Positions 8,508 to 15,358 of a stretch of DNA of 32,000 nt are shown in pieces. Position numbers and translations under genes: made by a program. The DNA comes from Nitrosopumilus maritimus SCM1 (lineage in GTDB: Archaea > Thermoproteota > Nitrososphaeria > Nitrososphaerales > Nitrosopumilaceae). A model generated the notes under the pieces. The model did not search any database and was not told where the DNA came from. It worked only from the letters and a program-made list of their open reading frames with translations. The stretch lies in contig NC_010085.1 in NCBI RefSeq assembly GCF_000018465.1, forward strand, positions 1,200,001 through 1,232,000, written 5' to 3'. Positions within the stretch are counted from its first letter, which is position 1. Every line of letters starts with the position of its first letter.

Positions 8508-9338
8508 ATGCAAAAAGTAGCTCTTGTAACTGGAAGTTCTTCAGGAATTGGATTAGAAGCATCACTAGCACTTGCAAAAGATGGATATCACACATTTGCC
8601 AGTATGAGGGACACATCAAAAGCAGGAGAATTAGAGAATGCTGCAAAAAAAGATAATCTTCCAATCGAAGTAATAGAGCTTGATGTCGATAAAGAAGAAT
8701 CAATTGTTTCTGCAGTAAAAAAAGTAATAGATTCAGCAGGAAGACTGGATGTTTTAGTTAACAATGCAGGATATGGACAGTTTGGATGTACAGAAGATGT
8801 CTCAGTTGATGATTTTAGAAAACAATTTGAAACTAATTTCTTTAGTATTGTAAGAATTATTCAAGAAGTTACCCCAATTATGAGAAATCAAAATTCGGGA
8901 AGCATCATAAACATTAGTTCTGTTGCTGGAAGAATGGGATTACCAGGTTCTCCAGCATACATTAGCTCAAAATTTGCATTAGAAGGACTAGGAGAATGTT
9001 TACGATATGAATTAGGTCAGTTTGGAATCAAGACCACTCTAATTGAACCAGGAGTTATCAAGACAAACTTTTTTGAATCAATGAAAATTCCAGATTCAAA
9101 GACAGACCCAAAATACAAGGAATTAACTGATCACATCTTAGCAGGATTAAAGATGATGGTTCAGATGGGCACTGCTCCATCACAAGTAGCTGAAGTAATT
9201 ATCAAGGCAATTCATGATGATGAGATGCTTCCAAGATATGTGGTTGGAACTGATGCTGCAATGTTTATGGAGGCAAAAAAGATGAAGACAGACCTAGAAT
9301 TTGAGAAATACATGAGCAAAGAGCTCTTTCCAGGATAA
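8508..9338 (+). CDS. Short-chain dehydrogenase/reductase (SDR)
   Basis: VALVTGSSSGIGLE (TGxxxGxG), NNAG, and a catalytic S...YxxxK (SSVAG...YISSK). Confidence 0.9.
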   Translation: MQKVALVTGSSSGIGLEASLALAKDGYHTFASMRDTSKAGELENAAKKDNLPIEVIELDVDKEESIVSAVKKVIDSAGRLDVLVNNAGYGQFGCTEDVSVDDFRKQFETNFFSIVRIIQEVTPIMRNQNSGSIINISSVAGRMGLPGSPAYISSKFALEGLGECLRYELGQFGIKTTLIEPGVIKTNFFESMKIPDSKTDPKYKELTDHILAGLKMMVQMGTAPSQVAEVIIKAIHDDEMLPRYVVGTDAAMFMEAKKMKTDLEFEKYMSKELFPG

Positions 9339-9415
9339 CATTATTCGTACGTTAACTTGATATACACATAGAACCCAGTTTTTGTCAAAGTCCGCAATTT
9401 TAAGGTGAAAAGAGA

Positions 9416-11071
9416 ATGAAATGGAAAACACTACAACACAAAGGAATCTTGTTTCCTCCTGCCTATGAGGCACAAGGAATCAAGATAAAGATCAAGGGAG
9501 AGAAAGTCGATCTCAATTTAGACCAAGAAGAGATGATTTACCAATGGGCAAAAAAGAAGGACACACCATATGCACAAGACAAGGTTTTTCAAAAAAACTT
9601 TACAGCAGACTTTGCAAAAACTCTAGATTCTAAATTTAAAAAAATTTCATATGAAGATATTGATTTTTCAGATGCCTACAAACTAGTTGACAAAGAAAAA
9701 GATCTCAAGGAGATGATGACAAAAGAAGAAAAAAAGGCAATTGCTGCAAAAAGAAAAGAACTCAGAGAAGAACTCAAATCAAAATATGGAGTTGCGGTGA
9801 TGGATGGAAAAGAAGTAGAAGTTGGGAATTACATGGCAGAGCCTCCAGGAATTTTTATTGGAAGAGGAGAACATCCATTACGTGGAAGATGGAAACCACG
9901 TGTTACTGCGAAAGATGTAACACTAAATCTTGGAAAAGAAGCTAAAGTTCCTGAAGGAAAGTGGGGTAAGATTATTCATGATAAAGATTCAATGTGGTTA
10001 GCAAGTTGGATGGATTTTCTTACACAAAAAAGAAAGTATGTTTGGCTTTCAGATAGTTCCGACCTAAAACAAGGAAGAGACAAAGAAAAGTACGAAAAAG
10101 CTGTCAAGCTTGAAAAGGAGATTGAGAAGATCAAAAAAGCAATGGTCAAAGACATGAAAGATTCTAAAAAGAACAACGTTGCCACTGCATGTTATCTGAT
10201 TTACAAAACTGCAATGAGAGTTGGAGATGAAAAAGATGAAGATGAAGCAGATACTGTTGGTGCAACTACCTTAAGAAAAGAACATATCAAAATTACTTCT
10301 GATACAATTGAGTTTGACTTTTTGGGAAAAGATAGTGTTAGATGGCAAGAGACATTAAAAGTGGTTGGAGACGATAAACAATTTCAAGAAAATCTCAAAA
10401 AATTAATTGAAAAGAAGAAACCAAGTGAGGAAATTTTCCACGATATTACATCTAGAGATGTTAACAAGTATTTGTCAGGAATTGTGAAAGGAGTAACTGC
10501 AAAAGTGTTCAGAACATATCAGGCAACGACCGTGGTTAAAAATTACCTAGTAAATCATGACAACATAAAGGGAAAATCAGATAATGAAAAATTATACCAT
10601 GCAAAATTGGCAAATCTAGAAGCTGCAATAATGTGTAATCACAAAAGGACAATTCCAAAAACATTTGAGCAGTCATTGCAAAAAAAGAAAGATACTCTCA
10701 AGAAAAGAGAGAGAGAAAAAGCATGGGAAAAGACACAGCAAACTCTCAAAAAAGTAGAATCATCAGAGCCAAAAACAGATACTCAGAAAAAGAACAAAGA
10801 AAAGAGAATCAAGACATTAAATGAGCAAATCAAAAAACAAAAACAAAAACACAAAGAAAGAATTGAAAAACTAAAATTACAAGTTGACTTGTCTGAGAAA
10901 ACTAGAGATTACAACCTTGGAACGTCACTTAGAAATTACATAGATCCACGTGTTTTCAAAGCATGGACAGATGAGGTTGGTGCAGAATGGGAGAAACTAT
11001 ACACATCAGCACTTCAAAAGAAATTCCTTTGGGTCAAAAATGAAAACACAAAGTGGAAGGAAATCAAATAA
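9416..11071 (+). CDS. DNA topoisomerase IB, eukaryote-type
   Basis: GATTLRKEHI, KVFRTYQAT, CNHKRT and LGTSLRNYIDPRV align to the catalytic Arg/Arg/His/Tyr blocks of eukaryotic Top1 (compare human SKLNYLDPR). There is a Lys-rich linker before the Tyr domain. Confidence 0.9.
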   Translation: MKWKTLQHKGILFPPAYEAQGIKIKIKGEKVDLNLDQEEMIYQWAKKKDTPYAQDKVFQKNFTADFAKTLDSKFKKISYEDIDFSDAYKLVDKEKDLKEMMTKEEKKAIAAKRKELREELKSKYGVAVMDGKEVEVGNYMAEPPGIFIGRGEHPLRGRWKPRVTAKDVTLNLGKEAKVPEGKWGKIIHDKDSMWLASWMDFLTQKRKYVWLSDSSDLKQGRDKEKYEKAVKLEKEIEKIKKAMVKDMKDSKKNNVATACYLIYKTAMRVGDEKDEDEADTVGATTLRKEHIKITSDTIEFDFLGKDSVRWQETLKVVGDDKQFQENLKKLIEKKKPSEEIFHDITSRDVNKYLSGIVKGVTAKVFRTYQATTVVKNYLVNHDNIKGKSDNEKLYHAKLANLEAAIMCNHKRTIPKTFEQSLQKKKDTLKKREREKAWEKTQQTLKKVESSEPKTDTQKKNKEKRIKTLNEQIKKQKQKHKERIEKLKLQVDLSEKTRDYNLGTSLRNYIDPRVFKAWTDEVGAEWEKLYTSALQKKFLWVKNENTKWKEIK

Positions 11072-11078
11072 TTAAAAA

Positions 11079-12680
11079 TTAATTTTTAGGAACATATGCA
11101 AATCCAGGTCCCCAACTAGAACGTTGTTTTGCTTGATAATCTTTTGAAGACTCCATATCTCCTTTTTCAGCTGAAGTAAGGTGTATTTCCACTGGAGAAT
11201 ATCCTATACATTCAAAATGAAATTCATTAGTTAATGCAAAGCCTTTGTAAAAACTCTCTTCAAGATCATGTTCTGTTTTAAGTTTATAATCAGTTACATG
11301 ACATTTTGAATAATCATATCCACGAGCATGAATATTTCCATACATCATACTAACATTAACATCAAACAACTCATCAAGTGAAGAAACGCCAGTTGTTTTT
11401 GCACCAGTTTTTCTGGAATCATCAACTACTTCATATAACAACGGAGTGACTCCAGGTACCCCTACAAGTTCAAATGTTGGATTTGCTTTTGAAATCAAAT
11501 TACCTTGATAAAATTCAGGGAATTCTACAACTTCAGTTCCGCTATCAAAGCTAAATGTGGCTACTGCTCTAGGACCAGCACCCATGTTATAATTTACAGT
11601 TACAGGTTGAGGTTCATTGTCAGGATTCACAGGACTTAATCCAGAACATTCAACATCCAGTATTTCGGCAGTTGCAAATCCACGCTTACCAGTATAACCC
11701 TCTTCTTTATCTTGCAAAGTGAGTATATCATAACCACTCACAATACAATCTTCATAGTTAAGAGTACGTATTGTTTGAGTATCTGTTTTTGTTAATCCAG
11801 TTAACTTTTCAGGAATTACAAGGTCTACAGTTACATCAAAATCTTCATTATAACTTGTTGCAAGACCACCTACTTTTTGAGATTTTATGATTGCGTTATC
11901 AATCAATGGGTGAGGTAGAACTGCAGTAATGATTTGAAAACTAGGAGTTCCAATATCTTCCTCGCTATATCCTCCAGTTGATGTAAAAATTACTGATTCT
12001 ATTTTTTCAGCACCATTATCAAAGTCAAATGTTAGAAGAGTACGCATATCATTAGCTTGTTTAAATGGCAATAAACCATAATCTGTAAAAATTTTATCGC
12101 TAGGACGTGCACTTGCAAAAATTTCTTCTTGATTAATTGAAACACCACCACAGTTAAACTCTATTGAATTAACAATAGCAAATCCAGAATTTGGTACATG
12201 GTAGGATTCATAATCATCAGTTTGAGTTGTTACTGATTGTGAAGAAATTTCACAGTTTCTATATGAGAATGATTTCAACTCAGTAGTATCTTGCATTACT
12301 TGTACATCTACATCGAAAAATCGATGATCATAATCAAATGCACTACCAGCAGTTAATTTTGATTGTCTATGTTTGAATGCTTCATCTAATGCCATATGAA
12401 GATGAGGATTATGACCAACCACACCCTCTATTGAAAAACTTGTTCCAGCATCAGACACTATATCAGAGGTTGTTGAAAAAACGGGAAAGTTTACTGTTTC
12501 TACACCATCTCTAAAATGAAAAGTAATTACATTATGAATTCCTGCAACATAATCATAATCATGACTAATTGCTTCATCATCAGCAAATACAGTATTTGAG
12601 AAACCCTGTGTAGATAGTATGATCGTTGAAATTATCAAAATAGATGTTAGAATAGTGAATTTTGGGTAGGATTTGCTCAT
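11079..12680 (-). CDS. Secreted protein built from three tandem ~160-aa repeats (unknown family)
   Basis: The track ORF extends to 12779. The ATG at 12680 (MSKSYPKFTILTSILIISTIILSTQGFSNTVFA) gives a clean signal peptide. The module TF.F..G.E...F..F ... FDV.V ... Y..C.[IV]..Y ... GFA ... [FV]EC.G.SP is repeated three times. Confidence 0.7.
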   Translation of the reverse strand: MSKSYPKFTILTSILIISTIILSTQGFSNTVFADDEAISHDYDYVAGIHNVITFHFRDGVETVNFPVFSTTSDIVSDAGTSFSIEGVVGHNPHLHMALDEAFKHRQSKLTAGSAFDYDHRFFDVDVQVMQDTTELKSFSYRNCEISSQSVTTQTDDYESYHVPNSGFAIVNSIEFNCGGVSINQEEIFASARPSDKIFTDYGLLPFKQANDMRTLLTFDFDNGAEKIESVIFTSTGGYSEEDIGTPSFQIITAVLPHPLIDNAIIKSQKVGGLATSYNEDFDVTVDLVIPEKLTGLTKTDTQTIRTLNYEDCIVSGYDILTLQDKEEGYTGKRGFATAEILDVECSGLSPVNPDNEPQPVTVNYNMGAGPRAVATFSFDSGTEVVEFPEFYQGNLISKANPTFELVGVPGVTPLLYEVVDDSRKTGAKTTGVSSLDELFDVNVSMMYGNIHARGYDYSKCHVTDYKLKTEHDLEESFYKGFALTNEFHFECIGYSPVEIHLTSAEKGDMESSKDYQAKQRSSWGPGFAYVPKN

Positions 12681-12831
12681 TGTGGTACAAACATCAAAAA
12701 AAGAAGTTAAAGAGTAAGTATTCACTGCCGTGCAGTGCATTTTTGGCAAAAAAGTATGGTCAAAAAACAGAAAAATCAATCAAAATTTTGAAAGAATCAT
12801 TTAATTTCCCATATTTTCAGGCTTATACTAT

Positions 12832-12945
12832 GCCGGGGTAGCTCAGCCTGGTTAGAGTGCCAGTTACTTGGTAAACTCTAGCGGTTCTCCAACTAAGGCA
12901 ATACTCATAATCTGGAGGTCGCGAGTTCGAAACTCGCCCCCGGCA
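12832..12945 (+). tRNA. tRNA-Met (anticodon CAT; elongator Met or Ile2-type) with a 39-nt intron at a non-canonical position (30/31)
   Basis: Acceptor GCCGGGG (12832-12838) pairs with CCCCGGC (12938-12944), followed by discriminator A. T arm is GCGAG-TTCGAAA-CTCGC (12921-12937). The anticodon loop CTCATAA has CAT at 12906-12908. The anticodon stem CCAG+A/TCTGG forms only after removing 12864-12902. The mature length is 75 nt. Confidence 0.85.
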
Positions 12946-12990
12946 CACACAAATTAGTTTAAAACCCACCCCCAACCTATTGTAAAGTCA

Positions 12991-14319
12991 TTGAATACAA
13001 AGTATGGTTCAAGGCAAAAAATTGACATTCACAACTACCCATCACGCATGAAACAGGTCAATAATCAGATCGAGCAAGAATTGTCATTTGAGAACATTTC
13101 ACTAATCAAAAAATATGACAGGGAGATGGTATCACAATCAATTGCCATTGCAACACGTCAAAAGCATCTAAGAACATTGCTAACACTATCAAAATTGCTA
13201 AAGAAAAACTGGAAGGATGTGACCAGGGATGATATTGATGACTTGGTATTTCTGATAATGGACCAGTTTGCAGATGAAAGTGGTCAGGAAACACATTACT
13301 CTTATGATCACAAAAAGATTCTCAAGATTTTCTTTAGATGGTACAAGCTTGGCTCTAGAGAATTTGTTCAAGTTGGAGATCCACCTGAGACAAAAAATGT
13401 CAAGATGAAAAAAGTCAAAGACAAGATTGCACGTGAAGACCTCCTAAATGAAGAAGACAGAATAAAGATACTGTATGCATGTGGCGAGAATGCAAGAGAC
13501 AGAGCTCTAATTGATTGTCATATGGAAGCTGGAACCAGACCAGGTGAGATTCTAAATTTGAAGTTAAAACATGTAAAGTTTGACAAGCATGGTTGTGTAC
13601 TTCAAGTGGACGGAAAGACAGGAGCTAGAACAATTAGAATCGTAAGGGCTACTCCAAACTTGGCTGCATGGATTGCAGTACATCCATACAAAGATGAACC
13701 TGAAATGCCATTATGGCCAAATATTAGCCATCATAAGAAAGGCAGTCCAATTACATATGCTGCAGCAAGACAGATCTTACATAGAAGATGCAAGATTGCA
13801 AATATCTCAAAACGTGTTTATCTGAATTTATTTAGACATAGTGAGGCCACAACTACAGCAAACTTCATGACTGAAGCTCAGATGAGAAAAAGACATGGAT
13901 GGTCGTCTGACTCTAAAATGCCTGCAAGATATGTCCACTTGGTAAATTCTGATGTGGAAGATGCAATCTTCAAGCACTATGGAATCAAAAAAGAAGATGA
14001 AAAGATGCCAGAAATGCCTGTAAAGTGTCATTTTTGTGAAATGTACAATCCATCAGACAGCGTAACATGTACAAAATGTGGAAAACCATTGAATCTTGAG
14101 AGTGCAATAAAAAGAGAAGAGCAAGAAAATGCTGAAAAGAAAAAACTTGAAGAAAAGATCAAGATGCTAGAGCAAAGACAGATTGAATCAGAAAAGAATC
14201 AGAAAGGATATTCAGATTTAAAATCAATTGTAGATGAATATTTGAAAGAATACTTTGAGGACGTATTTGACAAGATAGAGTTTGTAAAGAATCAAAAACA
14301 AAATAGTATTACAAACTGA
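12991..14319 (+). CDS. Tyrosine recombinase / integrase with a C-terminal zinc ribbon and coiled-coil tail
   Basis: Box I is AGTRPGEIL (Arg), followed by GKTGARTIRI (Lys), LFRHSEATT (Arg-His) and HGWSSDSKMPARYVH (catalytic Tyr). There is an N-terminal SAM-like core-binding region. The C-terminal extension has CHFCEMYNPSDSVTCTKCG and then a Glu/Lys-rich helix. Start is either TTG 12991 or the first ATG at 13048. Confidence 0.85.
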   Translation: MNTKYGSRQKIDIHNYPSRMKQVNNQIEQELSFENISLIKKYDREMVSQSIAIATRQKHLRTLLTLSKLLKKNWKDVTRDDIDDLVFLIMDQFADESGQETHYSYDHKKILKIFFRWYKLGSREFVQVGDPPETKNVKMKKVKDKIAREDLLNEEDRIKILYACGENARDRALIDCHMEAGTRPGEILNLKLKHVKFDKHGCVLQVDGKTGARTIRIVRATPNLAAWIAVHPYKDEPEMPLWPNISHHKKGSPITYAAARQILHRRCKIANISKRVYLNLFRHSEATTTANFMTEAQMRKRHGWSSDSKMPARYVHLVNSDVEDAIFKHYGIKKEDEKMPEMPVKCHFCEMYNPSDSVTCTKCGKPLNLESAIKREEQENAEKKKLEEKIKMLEQRQIESEKNQKGYSDLKSIVDEYLKEYFEDVFDKIEFVKNQKQNSITN

Positions 14320-14577
14320 AATTATTTATAAAAAATTAATTTATAAATTATTTTGAAATTATTTATAAAAAATTACACTTGAGAAAATTGTTTATGCAAA
14401 AATGATACGCAGGAAAATTGTTCATAAAAAATAATTTATGAATTAAAATAATTTATAAAAAATTAAGCACAACAAAATAGAGCAGATAAAAAAGCCATGA
14501 CTATAACTTGGGCACAAAAAATAATTTATAAATTTCTAAAATTAATTTATAAATTAATTTTATTTATAAAAAATTCT
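14317..14577. repeat. Array of AT-only TATA-box-like motifs (consensus AAWTATTTATAAAAAATT and the palindrome TAATTTATAAATTA)
   Basis: Perfect 22-mer TGAAATTATTTATAAAAAATTA at 14317-14338 (overlapping the integrase stop codon) and at 14354-14375. Variants occur at 14446-14465, 14517-14535 and 14560-14575. The 18-mer AAATTAATTTATAAATTA occurs at 14333-14350 and 14539-14556. GAAAATTGTT[TC]AT occurs at about 14383 and 14412. Confidence 0.8.
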
Positions 14578-14610
14578 TAGTCTATATTTTTTCAAAGATA
14601 GAATTTTGAT

Positions 14611-14851
14611 AGGCACAAATTCATTATATCTTTTTTATCCTTACCAAAAGATACTCAAGAGATACAGCATCTTTTGTAAGATCTTACCATACCTTACCAA
14701 GATCTTGGTATAGATACTATCTTTTAGTTGATTTAGCCTCGATTCTGTAGATAGCAAGATCTTACCATCTCTTACTAAGATCTTACCATCTCTTACCCAT
14801 ACCTTACTAAGATCTTAGTATCGATGCTAGTAAGGTTGAAAATTTGTGCCT
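14611..14851. repeat. Inverted-repeat-bounded core with clustered AGATCT-centred palindromes and a tandem 21-bp repeat
   Basis: The IR is AGGCACAAATT (14611-14621) / AATTTGTGCCT (14841-14851). Palindromes are GTAAGATCTTAC (14676-14687), TACCAAGATCTTGGTA (14695-14710) and TACTAAGATCTTAGTA (14805-14820). Tandem unit AAGATCTTACCATCTCTTAC[T/C] lies at 14756-14776 and 14777-14797. A 29-mer at 14687-14715 is repeated at 14797-14825 (26/29 identical). Confidence 0.85.
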
Positions 14852-14903
14852 AAGTAAGGTAGCATCAACACTCCAAGATACCTAAGAAATTTTTTGTAAA
14901 TAA

Positions 14904-14923
14904 AAATAATTTATAAAAAATTT
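14904..14923 (+). promoter_or_regulatory. Isolated eighth copy of the TATA-like motif (AAATAATTTATAAAAAATTT); possible promoter for the downstream non-coding region
   Basis: It belongs to the same motif family as 14317-14577. TTTATAAA at 14910-14917 would place an archaeal TSS near 14940. This is a positional argument only. Confidence 0.35.
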
Positions 14924-14939
14924 CTACATGAGTATTGAA

Positions 14940-15225
14940 TCAAAATCATAAAACCCTATGAGAGTGTAGAGGGTTGAACCAATCAGATAATTCCCTTTAA
15001 GAGAATAAGAGTATCAAACCAATACTTCGATACCGCAATGGGGTTTGAATCCGACCGGACTAGTAGAGCAAGTTGTCTCTAAAAAAGTTCCATTTAGGCA
15101 TAAAAATCAAACGAGATATTGGTTTGCACGCCAAATACTGTTTACCGAGTATTGGCTTACGTGTAGTTGGTGCAATCCAACGGAATGAAAACCTTCATTT
15201 TATGCACGTCAGTATTTTTTACATA
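14940..15225 (+). ncRNA. Candidate structured non-coding RNA of unknown class (strand uncertain)
   Basis: No ORF longer than 17 codons on either strand. The two 60-nt lines I counted (15001-15060 and 15121-15180) are 45% G+C, against near 10% in the adjacent repeat array. Hairpins: AACCCT/AGGGTT (14952-14975), GTTGG/CCAAC (15166-15181) and AATGAA/TTCATT (15184-15199). A long-range helix pairs CCAATACT(T)CG at 15019-15029 with CGAGTATTGG at 15146-15155. The region ends in T6 (15215-15220) and T5 (15227-15231) runs. Confidence 0.3.
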
Positions 15226-15264
15226 GTTTTTGTGACTCTATCATTCTAAATAATTGGAATCATA

Positions 15265-15280
15265 ATACAAGATTGAATTT
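15265..15280. repeat. 16-bp direct repeat ATACAAGATTGAATTT, copy 1 (79 nt beyond the stop of the 15359-16840 gene)
   Basis: Identical 16-mer read at 15265-15280 and 16880-16895. Confidence 0.6.
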
Positions 15281-15358
15281 GAAGCAAGATTAAATACAAA
15301 TTTTGCAAACAAGGTCATGAAAAACATTATCGAATCAATTGTTGACTTTTTTACTTCA

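Larger units (their letters stand above)
12946..14925 (+). mobile_element. Left end of a tRNA-Met-associated integrative element or genomic island (integrase module plus repeat region); right boundary not identified
   Basis: The integrase gene starts 46-103 nt after the tRNA 3' end and is followed by a repeat-dense ORF-free region. I found no direct repeat of the tRNA 3' end downstream. Confidence 0.5.

Noticed and set aside
14317-14925. Possible CRISPR array, because short repeats recur in a non-coding region
   Set aside because: Repeat spacing is irregular (37, 90, 71 and 42 bp, and then more than 300 bp). The repeats are AT-only and of several families. There is no constant repeat/spacer periodicity and there are no cas genes in the window.
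15036-15062. tRNA-like T-arm fragment (ATGGGGTTTGAATCCGACCGGAC) considered as a decayed attR or tRNA remnant
   Set aside because: The putative T stem does not pair beyond 2 bp. The match to the 3' end of the tRNA-Met at 12921-12945 is poor, with scattered identities only.
15140-15160. GGCTTAC motif reminiscent of the RNase P RNA CR-V, suggesting the candidate ncRNA might be RNase P RNA
   Set aside because: The obligatory CR-I element (GAGGAAAGTCC) and the other conserved regions are absent, and the length and GC content are too low. SRP RNA was also considered, but no helix-8 motifs were seen.
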